Origin: a bacterium
GTDB lineage: Bacteria > Bacteroidota > Bacteroidia > Bacteroidales > Muribaculaceae
NCBI GenBank assembly: GCA_004563195.1
Contig: SFTJ01000004.1
Span: 531 to 64,530 of the forward strand
Reading direction: 5' to 3'
Length of the DNA stretch: 64,000 nucleotides
The position numbers were made by a program, and so were the translations under genes. Within the stretch, counting starts at the first letter, position 1. The number at the start of each line of letters is the position of its first letter. Under the pieces are notes generated by a model. That model searched no databases, was not told the DNA's origin, and saw only the letters and a list, made by a program, of their open reading frames with translations. Shown piece by piece: positions 18,611 to 27,135 of the stretch.

Positions 18611-18866
18611 TTCAGGTTGGATACCTTCGCAGCATAAATCGCAGCAAATAACCGCATCACCACCAAGGTGATGCCTAATAACCGCGGCACAGCCGCCCAC
18701 TAAGCGCAACGAAGTTGCCGTATAACCGCATCACCACCAAGGTGATGCCTAATAACCGCGGCGCAGCCGCCTACTAACCGCAAAGAATTTGCCTAATAAC
18801 CGCATCACCACCATGGTGATGCCTAAAAATAACCGCGGCGCAGCCGCCTACCAACCGCAAAGAAAA
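18611..18866 (+). repeat. TAACC-hairpin repeat array, locus 2: three tandem 74-bp super-units plus a 20-nt flanking module
   Basis: The C-A-B unit order repeats three times, with C units starting at 18649, 18723 and 18797. The module TTCAGGTTGGATACCTTCGC (18611-18630) recurs inverted at 57033-57052. Confidence 0.9.
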
Positions 18867-18892
18867 TGCCGAGCGCTGCTGGAGCACTCGGC
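18861..18892 (-). terminator. intrinsic terminator of glgB
   Basis: 10-bp stem GCCGAGCGCT / AGCACTCGGC (one mismatch) at 18868-18892. The minus-strand read continues ATTTTCTTT. Confidence 0.65.
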
Positions 18893-18921
18893 ATCTTGAT
18901 TATAACGTTTTTGCGCTGAAA

Positions 18922-21081
18922 TTACTTCTTTGTTGTAGTCTTTTTGGTTGCGGCCTTTTTGGCAGCAGGTTTCTTGGCTGTAGCCTTCTTTTCAGTAGCC
19001 TTTTCTTCTGCTTTCTTAGCTCCGCAGCGGCGCTTTGGCTTCTCTTCGGGCACTTCCACCGGTGCGCTCACCATCTTTATCACTTGCACGGTGCGTGCCG
19101 GCAAGTAGAGTTGCAGCCATCCGAGTCCGTGCTTGGCATAGAGTTCATCGGCTTCGGTGAAGTGATGAACACTGTTGTCGATATTGCCATATCCACCATA
19201 TTTCGGGTCGTCGCTGTTCATCACGCCCGCATATTCGCCTATCGGTGCCAATATCTTGTAGCCCATGTGCGAACGGTTAGGACTGAAGTTGAACACAAAT
19301 GCATATTCGCCGCGGCGATATGCCAACACTTGGTCGTCGTCCTTTTCCCACATCTTCACCACAGGAAGTTTTTCAAACTTCTTGATGCCGCCTATGAGGT
19401 GTATCATATCGTTGTCGAATGCATTGAGGAAGCGATACTTCAAGTCTACGCGATCCACGAGTTCCCACTGGCGGCGAGCGTACTTATACGACCAGCCATT
19501 GCCTTCGCGAGGGAAGTCAATCCATTCGGGATGTCCGAATTCATTGCCCATAAAGTTGAGATAACCACCGTTGATAGTAGATGCGGTGACCATTCTTATC
19601 ATCTTATGGAGTGCCATACCGCGGTCTACTGTCGGGTCGTTGTCGCCCACCATCATGTGCCAGTACATTGCGCTGTCGATAAGGCGGAATATCAAGGTCT
19701 TATCGCCCACCAATGCTTGGTCGTGACTCTCGGCATAGCTGATGGTCTTTTCGTCGGCACGACGATTGGTGAGTTCCCAGAATATCGATGTCGGGTGCCA
19801 ATATTCGTCCTTCTTTTCCTTGATGGTCTTAATCCAATAGTCGGGTATGCCCATCGCCATGCGATAATCGAAGCCCATACCGCCCTTGGCAAACGGCAAT
19901 GCCAAACCCGGCATACCGCTCATCTCTTCGGCTATGGTGATGGCTTTGGGGTTAATTTCGTGAATCAACAGGTTGGCGAGGGTGAGATACACTATGGCAT
20001 CTACGTCCTGACCTCCGTTGTAGTAGTCGCCGTAGCCGCCGAATGCCTGACCGAGGCCGTGATTGTAATAGAGCATCGAAGTCACGCCATCGAAGCGGAA
20101 TCCGTCGAAATGATATTCTTCAATCCAGAATTTGCAGTTTGAGAGCAGGAAGTGAAGCACCTCGTTCTTGCCATAATCGAAGCAGAGCGAGTCCCAAGCC
20201 GGATGTTCGCGGCGACTTGCATCGGTGTGGAAATATTGGTTGTATGTACCGTCAAATCGTCCCAGACCTTCAGCCTCGTTTTTCACAGCATGGCTGTGCA
20301 CTATGTCCATAATCACTGCTATACCGCGCGAGTGAGCATCGTCGATAAGCGCCTTGAGGTCCTCGGGGGTGCCGAAGCGGCTCGAGGCGGCAAAGAAGCT
20401 CGACACATGGTAGCCAAACGAGCCATAATAGGGGTGCTCCTGGATAGCCATTATCTGTATGGCATTATATCCGTCGGCATGCACGCGGGGAAGCACATTT
20501 TTGCGGAATTCTTCATACGAACCCACCTTCTCAGCATCCTGACCCATGCCTATGTGGCACTCATATATCAACAATGGTTCTACATTGGGCTTGAATTTCT
20601 TAGTTTGGAACTGATAAGGAGCCACATCCCACACTTGCGCCGAGAAAATGGCTGTCTTTTCGTCCTGCACCACGCGGCGGGCATAGGCTGGTATGCGTTC
20701 GCCACTTCCGCCGGGCCAATAGATGCGCAGTTTATAGAGGTCGCCGTGGTTTATTTGGTCGGCATCGAGCTCTATTTCCCACACTCCATTGCCTATATTG
20801 CTAAGGCTGTAAGCCTCACATTCCACCCAATCGTTGAATGTACCCACCATATTGATGGCTGTGGCATTTGGTGCCCATTCGCGAAATACCCAGCCGTCGG
20901 CTGTGCGATGGAGGCCAAAGTAGTTGTGCGCATTGGCAAAGTCGCTCAGACTGCCCGATTCGCCCACAAGTTCGGTCTGTTTTCTTATCACGTCTTCATG
21001 GCGGCCGTTGATTGCATCGGCAAAAGGTTCAAGCCATGGGTCATTCTTGATAATGGGGAGAACTTTCTTTTTCATAATCAA
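18922..21081 (-). CDS. glgB: 1,4-alpha-glucan branching enzyme (GH13) with a Lys/Ala-rich C-terminal extension
   Basis: 719 aa. GH13 motifs DGFRFDGVTSM, IAEEMSG and ESHDQ. The tail is ...KKAEEKATEKKATAKKPAAKKAATKKTTTKK. Confidence 0.9.
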   Translation of the reverse strand: MIMKKKVLPIIKNDPWLEPFADAINGRHEDVIRKQTELVGESGSLSDFANAHNYFGLHRTADGWVFREWAPNATAINMVGTFNDWVECEAYSLSNIGNGVWEIELDADQINHGDLYKLRIYWPGGSGERIPAYARRVVQDEKTAIFSAQVWDVAPYQFQTKKFKPNVEPLLIYECHIGMGQDAEKVGSYEEFRKNVLPRVHADGYNAIQIMAIQEHPYYGSFGYHVSSFFAASSRFGTPEDLKALIDDAHSRGIAVIMDIVHSHAVKNEAEGLGRFDGTYNQYFHTDASRREHPAWDSLCFDYGKNEVLHFLLSNCKFWIEEYHFDGFRFDGVTSMLYYNHGLGQAFGGYGDYYNGGQDVDAIVYLTLANLLIHEINPKAITIAEEMSGMPGLALPFAKGGMGFDYRMAMGIPDYWIKTIKEKKDEYWHPTSIFWELTNRRADEKTISYAESHDQALVGDKTLIFRLIDSAMYWHMMVGDNDPTVDRGMALHKMIRMVTASTINGGYLNFMGNEFGHPEWIDFPREGNGWSYKYARRQWELVDRVDLKYRFLNAFDNDMIHLIGGIKKFEKLPVVKMWEKDDDQVLAYRRGEYAFVFNFSPNRSHMGYKILAPIGEYAGVMNSDDPKYGGYGNIDNSVHHFTEADELYAKHGLGWLQLYLPARTVQVIKMVSAPVEVPEEKPKRRCGAKKAEEKATEKKATAKKPAAKKAATKKTTTKK

Positions 21082-21197
21082 AGTATTCGGTTACGGTTAT
21101 ATTATGTATACACAAAAGTAGTGCAAAGGAGTGAAATAAGCAACTCGATTTTGGCTTATTTTTCCAAAAAAATTATGTTCCACTCGTCTGTCGGCTC

Positions 21198-21956
21198 TCA
21201 GCCGTTATGCTTGCCGCATGTGGGGCATTTTGAGCACTTGCCGAATGGTATCACATCGAAATTCATGGTCAGTGCGTTGAATGTGAGCAGTCGACCGGTG
21301 AGCAACTTGCCGGTGCCGGTAATCCACTTTATCGCCTCGGTGGCTTGCAGCGTGCCTGTGATGCCGGGTATCACGCCCAGCACACCCACCACCTTGCCCG
21401 AGGGCACATCGCCCGGCGCCGGTGGCTCGGGAAAGAGGCAGCGGTAGCAAGGCTCGCCGGGTACATAGGTCATCACCTGGCCCTCAAAACGCAATATCCC
21501 GCCCAAGCAGAAGGGCTTGCCCTGTGCCACACAAGCATCGTTAACCATATATTTCACGGCAAAGCTGTCGGTGGCTTCTATCACGAAGTCGTAGGCGGCT
21601 ATCAATTGGCCTATGTTGTCGGGGGTGAGAAATATGGGGTGCTGCTCCACTTTCACATCGGGATTGATTTGCGCTATGCGTTGCTCTGCCGATTGCACCT
21701 TGCTTATGCCCACATTGGCTGTGTCGTGCACTATCTGGCGCTGCAGGTTCGACACATCTACTTCATCGCCATCCACTATGCCCAGTGTGCCCACGCCCGC
21801 CGCTGCAAGATACATCAGCACCGGCGAACCGAGTCCTCCGGCTCCTATCACAAGCACGCGAGCATCGCACAGCGCTCGCTGACCGCGTTCTCCAAATTCG
21901 CGCAACCGTATGTGGCGGTCGTAGCGCATCAGTTGGCTTTCGGTAAATTGTTCCAT
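21198..21956 (-). CDS. HesA/MoeB/ThiF-family adenylyltransferase
   Basis: Start taken at MEQFTESQLMRYDRHI. Nucleotide-binding motif VLVIGAGGLGSPV and two CxxC pairs (CYRC, CSKCPTC). Confidence 0.85.
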   Translation of the reverse strand: MEQFTESQLMRYDRHIRLREFGERGQRALCDARVLVIGAGGLGSPVLMYLAAAGVGTLGIVDGDEVDVSNLQRQIVHDTANVGISKVQSAEQRIAQINPDVKVEQHPIFLTPDNIGQLIAAYDFVIEATDSFAVKYMVNDACVAQGKPFCLGGILRFEGQVMTYVPGEPCYRCLFPEPPAPGDVPSGKVVGVLGVIPGITGTLQATEAIKWITGTGKLLTGRLLTFNALTMNFDVIPFGKCSKCPTCGKHNG

Positions 21957-21984
21957 CTTTCTTTTAATTGACCTAAATACGACA

Positions 21985-22026
21985 AATGTGATTGCAAATA
22001 TATCGATTTGCAATCACATTGCCAAA
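21985..22026 (-). promoter_or_regulatory. consensus promoter (TTTG-N20-TATATTTG) overlapped by a perfect 15-6-15 palindrome (candidate operator)
   Basis: On the minus strand the -33 TTTG is at 22023-22026 and the -7 TATATTTG is at 21995-22002. Inverted repeat AATGTGATTGCAAAT (21985-21999) / ATTTGCAATCACATT (22006-22020). The ATG of the ThiF-like gene is at 21956. Confidence 0.5.
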
Positions 22027-22198
22027 AAAAATAATCTGACAATAGTGTTTTGAAAATCTGCGAATTCCGTTTCGCATATTGCCATCGGCTCTCGAAATCT
22101 AACAACAACGAAGCATACAATAAGGAGGACGCCACAAAACTCATGGTTTTGCAATGTTCTCCTTCGAAATCAGTTATTATTTACTACGTATCAATTCA

Positions 22199-24691
22199 TC
22201 ACATTCCCACGCTGCCTGCTGCACCTGCACCGGATGTCGTAGAGCTGTTGCTCTGCTTGGTGGTGTCGTCGTTATTGATGCTGCGCGAGGTCTTCTTCAC
22301 AGTTGCCTTGAGGTTACCGAAGCGCCACGACAGCGATATGCCGAAGCGGCGAATAGGTATACGCATATTGGAGGTCTGCGTGAAGGTGTTGGAGGTAGTA
22401 GTGTTATCTATCTTGAGATATTTGGTAAAGGGCGCCATAGCTTGTATGGAGATATTCAAAGCTTTGTTCTTGAAGAACGATTTGCCGAAGGTGAAGCCAT
22501 ACGACAAGATGCCGCTCGTCTCATTTTGGAAGCCCACATTGCCGGTGTTGCCGAAGAGCATTCCCGATATGGTGAAATCGTGCGGCAGGGTCTGCTGAAT
22601 ATTGGCAAAAATATTGCCCGTAAAGCCGTCGACATTGCGCTTGAGCACCTCGCTCTCGTATTTGTTGTAACCGCCGTTGAAACTGAGCATAAGGCGGGTT
22701 TTGGGCCACGGATTCCAGTTGCACCATATATTCAAGCCCACGGTGTTGCGCTTCGACACATTGCCGTAGGTGGTGGTAATCACACCGCCGTCAGCCACCG
22801 AATATTGCTCGATACCATTGCCCGAGTAGGAGTAATTCAAGCCGGCATTAATCATAAATTTCTGCGAGAAGCGGCTGAAACTCAACTCTATGTTATGGCT
22901 CTTCTCGGTGTCGAGGTCGGGGTTACCTTTGGTGATATTGGTGGGGTCGCTTTCGTCGGCAAAGGGGTTAAGGCTCTGTATGCCGGGGCGATTAATGCGC
23001 ATATTGTACGACAACTTCACGGTCGACATCGGGCTAATCATATACGATGTCACCACCGAGGGCACCACATCGTGCATACTTGCCGAATAGTTGCGCTCGG
23101 GATTGTTGTCGAAATCTACATTCATATATGAGTATTCATAGCGCACGCCTGCCTTGGCGCCGAAACTCTTGTATTTCAACTGATAGTCGGCATAGCCTGC
23201 CACTATATTGCGCAGCTGGTCGTATTTGCCGTTGGGGTCTGTAATATCGTGCATCACGCCCTCTGTATCGGCTTGGCGATAGAGCACGTCACTGGCATTC
23301 TTGCGATAGATATATTTTGCTCCGAAATCGATGTAGTGCATCTCGTTGATAGGATTCACATAGTCCACTTGAGCAGTATGCTCCTCGGTGTGGGCATCGT
23401 TGTCGATATACTGTCGGAGCAGAGGATATGGCACATTCTGCACATCGTCGTACCAAGTGTCGGACACCGACCCGGCGGGGCTATAGTCGAGGCGATAGCT
23501 CAAGGTGAGATATTCGCCCGGCTTGCGAAAACTGTGCTGATAGTCGAGTCCGAGATTCGAACCTCCCATATCGCTCTTCGATTGCGCTGTGCGATTGTAG
23601 AAATATTGGCGTTGCTGCATACGATTGCTCATTTCGTTGGCAAACGACTGATGGGAATTGTTCTTTCCGGTGAACACATTGCCCGAGAGTGTTATCAAGT
23701 TGAGCGAATCCACCTCATAACTTGTTTCAAGGGTTGCAAACACCAGGTCCATATTGTTTTTGGTAAATCCCTTGGTTGAAAGCGAAGCATATTGGTCGCT
23801 TGTAAAGTCGTTGCGCTCCGATTCTATAAGCACCTTGGTGTCGAATCCGTGCACATAGTTCACATTGGTCGAAACGGTAAACTTGCCCGACTGTGCGGTC
23901 ACAAAGGCACCACCACCCGCCTGACGATTGTCGACGCGGGCATTTATGTTCATATTATAGCCTTGCACCTTGGCATCGCCGGTGATGATATTGAGCACGC
24001 CCGACACGCCCTCGGCATCGTATTTTGCTCCGGGATCGGTTATCACTTCGATGCGCTTCACCGCATTGGCGGGCATGGCGCGGAATATTTCCTTGGGATT
24101 GTTGCTCATCATGGTGTTAGGCTTGCCGTTGACAAGCACCTTAAAACTGCTCGAACCTTTCACTTGGATGTTATCTTCGGCATCTACGGTCACCATAGGC
24201 ACCTTGCGGAGCATCTCGGTGAGGGTGTTGCTCTTCGAGTCGGGGTCGGCTTCCACTTCGTAGGTCAGTTTGCCGACATCGGCTTTCACCAAGGGGCGCG
24301 CTGCCTCCACCACTATTTCGCCAAGCACATTATTGGCGCTGCCGATGGCTATTTTGCCCAAGTCGACCACTCGCTCGCTTGCCAAAGTGAAATCGCGCAC
24401 GGCATCGCTCTTGCCCACGCTCGAGAGTACCATGCGATAGTTGCCCGCTGCACTCATCTTCACATCGAATGAGCCATCGGTGTCGGTTACGTCTACTTTT
24501 ATAGGTTTTTTCTGATTTTTTGCCTCAAATATTCTTACGGTGGCATAGGGTTCGGTCTCGCCGCTCACCGAGTCGACAAGCACGCCTCGCACTTGATAGG
24601 TGTTGACTTGCGCTACGGCTGCCACTGCACTAAGCATGAATGTCATCATCATGCTCATAGTCCTAAAGATAGGTTTCATTGTCAAATACAT
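22199..24691 (-). CDS. outer-membrane beta-barrel protein (TonB-dependent-receptor-like, carboxypeptidase-regulatory-like N-terminal domain)
   Basis: 830 aa. Signal peptide, then YQVRGVLVDSVSGETEPYATVRIF (CarbopepD_reg-like), then a long barrel of alternating beta-strand pattern. An alternative start is MKPIF at 24679. Confidence 0.8.
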   Translation of the reverse strand: MYLTMKPIFRTMSMMMTFMLSAVAAVAQVNTYQVRGVLVDSVSGETEPYATVRIFEAKNQKKPIKVDVTDTDGSFDVKMSAAGNYRMVLSSVGKSDAVRDFTLASERVVDLGKIAIGSANNVLGEIVVEAARPLVKADVGKLTYEVEADPDSKSNTLTEMLRKVPMVTVDAEDNIQVKGSSSFKVLVNGKPNTMMSNNPKEIFRAMPANAVKRIEVITDPGAKYDAEGVSGVLNIITGDAKVQGYNMNINARVDNRQAGGGAFVTAQSGKFTVSTNVNYVHGFDTKVLIESERNDFTSDQYASLSTKGFTKNNMDLVFATLETSYEVDSLNLITLSGNVFTGKNNSHQSFANEMSNRMQQRQYFYNRTAQSKSDMGGSNLGLDYQHSFRKPGEYLTLSYRLDYSPAGSVSDTWYDDVQNVPYPLLRQYIDNDAHTEEHTAQVDYVNPINEMHYIDFGAKYIYRKNASDVLYRQADTEGVMHDITDPNGKYDQLRNIVAGYADYQLKYKSFGAKAGVRYEYSYMNVDFDNNPERNYSASMHDVVPSVVTSYMISPMSTVKLSYNMRINRPGIQSLNPFADESDPTNITKGNPDLDTEKSHNIELSFSRFSQKFMINAGLNYSYSGNGIEQYSVADGGVITTTYGNVSKRNTVGLNIWCNWNPWPKTRLMLSFNGGYNKYESEVLKRNVDGFTGNIFANIQQTLPHDFTISGMLFGNTGNVGFQNETSGILSYGFTFGKSFFKNKALNISIQAMAPFTKYLKIDNTTTSNTFTQTSNMRIPIRRFGISLSWRFGNLKATVKKTSRSINNDDTTKQSNSSTTSGAGAAGSVGM

Positions 24692-24789
24692 CTAAGTTTT
24701 TGTTGTTCGTAATCCTTATTTCGACTATTTGACGATTATCTATGGCTATTTATTTCAATATTTCCCTACTTTAACATCTTTTAATCGTT

Positions 24790-26181
24790 TCAGTCTACTA
24801 TGCGAGGCTTCTCAGCCGGCACATAGGTGCTGCGTATGCGCCACTCTTTGGGATAGAGATTATTGGCGCGATTGCCGAGGTTATTAACGAAGCCTATAGG
24901 GCTATCGTTGTGATATAGAAGCACATATCCGCGTGGTGCGTCGGCAAGCACCACCGATTCGCCTCGCAGATAAGCCACTGCGGTGGCATAGTCGACATCG
25001 GCGCGGGCAAAAGCATCGCGGCTCAAGCAGCTGCACAGTGCCAACGACTGCACCGGCACGCAGTTCTTGCCCTTGAGTGCTGCGAGTTCCACTCCGCGAT
25101 GCAGCACTTTCAGAGTGCTGCCGAGCAGTGCCATTTCGGCTGCATAGCACGCAGGCGTGGCTATCACGGCATCGTCGGCCACGCTGTAGTCGTATTGCTC
25201 GGCTTGCTGCAGCCATCGGGTGGCTTCGGCGGGCACCGGAGGCGTTTTTGCCGCCTTGCCCGATTTACGGGGCTTGGTGGCCACTTCGGCTCGCGGAGCA
25301 TCGCCTGCCTTGCGTATCACACTCAGGAAGAGACCTTCGCCCTCGGTGCGATGTGGCATAAAGCGATAGCAAAAATCTTCGCCTTCGAGCGCGCCATGTA
25401 TGCGCCACGAGGCATCTACGCCGAGGTCGATGGTGGCGCCGCCAAGGTCTTGGCATATATGACGCACCATTCGCTCGTTTTCCTCGAGATTGTAGGTGCA
25501 GGTGCTGTAGATGAGCAGCCCTCCGGGACGCAGACACTCCCAGATGTCGGCAATAATGCTTCGCTGGCGTGCGGCGCACTCTTCCACAAGTTGTGGTGTC
25601 CACTGCTCCACGGCTTCATCGTCCTTGCGCATCATTCCCTCGCCGCTGCACGGCACATCGGTGGCTATGACGTCGAAAAACCGTGTCAATGGCGAGAAAT
25701 CGGCGGGTCGGTTGTGGGTTACCAGGGTATACGGCGAACCCCATTTCACCACATTTTCCTTCAATATCTTTGCTCTAAGCGGCACTATCTCATTTGCCAC
25801 CACCAGCGACCCTTGCGGCAGGGCATCGATGGCTGAGGTGGTCTTGCCGCCGGGCGCTGCACACAGGTCGAGATAGCGCACCGGCGTGCTCACAAGTTTG
25901 CTTATGGCATAACCTATAAACATCGAGGAGGCATCTTGCACATAATATCGTCCCGACTGAAAATCGGTATCAAAAGTGAATTGCGGACGCTCGTCGAGAT
26001 AGAAGCCTTCTTCACACCAGGGTACACGGCGAGCGTGGGCGTCGGCTTTAGCGCCTTTGCTCTTGTTCACTCTTATCGACACGCTGGGCTGTGTGTTGGC
26101 TATGGCATCGGCCAAGCTACAGGCCTCTTCGTCGGGCATTATTCGGTGCAGTTGTTTCAGAAAATCGTCGGATAGTGCCAT
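24790..26181 (-). CDS. RsmB/RsmF (NOL1/NOP2/Sun) family rRNA cytosine-C5 methyltransferase
   Basis: 463 aa. SAM motif LDLCAAPGGKT and catalytic-Cys motifs DVPCSGEGMMRKD and YSTCT. Confidence 0.85.
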   Translation of the reverse strand: MALSDDFLKQLHRIMPDEEACSLADAIANTQPSVSIRVNKSKGAKADAHARRVPWCEEGFYLDERPQFTFDTDFQSGRYYVQDASSMFIGYAISKLVSTPVRYLDLCAAPGGKTTSAIDALPQGSLVVANEIVPLRAKILKENVVKWGSPYTLVTHNRPADFSPLTRFFDVIATDVPCSGEGMMRKDDEAVEQWTPQLVEECAARQRSIIADIWECLRPGGLLIYSTCTYNLEENERMVRHICQDLGGATIDLGVDASWRIHGALEGEDFCYRFMPHRTEGEGLFLSVIRKAGDAPRAEVATKPRKSGKAAKTPPVPAEATRWLQQAEQYDYSVADDAVIATPACYAAEMALLGSTLKVLHRGVELAALKGKNCVPVQSLALCSCLSRDAFARADVDYATAVAYLRGESVVLADAPRGYVLLYHNDSPIGFVNNLGNRANNLYPKEWRIRSTYVPAEKPRIVD

Positions 26182-26231
26182 TGATTTCTCTTTGTGGGTT
26201 ACGCCTTGCGGTGATTGTTCTTATAATTGAT

Positions 26232-27083
26232 TTATTCGCTCATGCTGGCATCGAATGCCTTTGAGAAGAAAAGCATCTGATAGTCGAGCGCATTGCACCA
26301 GTATTCCCAAGTGTGGCTGCCGGGACGCTCGGTGTAGTCGTGCTTTATCTTTGCATCTACCAGCGCCTTGTGCAGATTGCGATTGACTTCAATAAAGAAG
26401 TCGTCGACTCCGCACTCAAACACTATATTTTGCTCTGTCGTGAGGCCTTTCACGAGTTCTATTACCGTGTGGCTGTCCCACACTGCGCGGTTGCTCTCAT
26501 ATTCGCCGAGGGCGTCCTTCATATTCCAATTATTGGGGAAAGGACGGATGTCCACACCGCCGCTCATGCTGCCGCAACTGCCAAACACATCGGGATGGCG
26601 AAGCGCCAAAAACAGCGAACCGTGACCGCCCATACTGAGTCCGGTGATGGCGCGCATGCCGGCTTCGGGGATGGTGCGGAAGTGATTGTCGATAAAGGTC
26701 ACCAAGTCGGTGACGATAAATGTTTCGAATTGCGACTCGGCATTGATGGGTGAGTCCCAATACCAGCTGTTGCGACCATCGGGGCACACTATGATTACGC
26801 CATACTGGCTTGCCACATCGGGCAATTCGGGTTTCTTGCTAATCCATGCCTTATGGTCGCCGCCATGGCCGTGAAGCAGATAGAGCACCGGATATTGGGT
26901 ATCCTGACACTCGGGGTCGGTGTATTCGGCGGGCACCACCACGGTGCACTCCACCGGCGCACTCATCTTCGAGGCTTTCACCTTCACCACCGTTACTTGC
27001 GCATCGTCTTGCGCCATCAGTTGCAATGCCACTATCAGTGCAAATGCCACTGCCATTATTCTTTCGAATCTTATTCTCTTCAT
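26232..27083 (-). CDS. secreted esterase-family alpha/beta hydrolase (esterase D/FrmB-like)
   Basis: 283 aa. Signal peptide, LYLLHGHGGDH and nucleophile elbow GLSMGG. Confidence 0.8.
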   Translation of the reverse strand: MKRIRFERIMAVAFALIVALQLMAQDDAQVTVVKVKASKMSAPVECTVVVPAEYTDPECQDTQYPVLYLLHGHGGDHKAWISKKPELPDVASQYGVIIVCPDGRNSWYWDSPINAESQFETFIVTDLVTFIDNHFRTIPEAGMRAITGLSMGGHGSLFLALRHPDVFGSCGSMSGGVDIRPFPNNWNMKDALGEYESNRAVWDSHTVIELVKGLTTEQNIVFECGVDDFFIEVNRNLHKALVDAKIKHDYTERPGSHTWEYWCNALDYQMLFFSKAFDASMSE

Positions 27084-27135
27084 TTTTTCAGTATTCTTTT
27101 GTTTGTTGATAATCTATATTTTGGTCTTTATTTCT

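Noticed and set aside
20152-21447. 431-aa plus-strand ORF (and similar ORFs at 1082-2173, 22154-23131, 28560-29558, 32638-33471, 62243-63028)
   Set aside because: All are antisense or alternative frames of genes with strong family motifs, and none has a motif of its own. The ORF at 62243-63028 lies opposite the 7TM-HDIG gene, which the ORF track misses only because that gene has no stop in the window.
21988-22017. CRP/FNR-type site (TGTGA...TCACA)
   Set aside because: The TGTGA and TCACA pentamers are 20 nt apart instead of 6. The palindrome is treated as an unknown operator instead.
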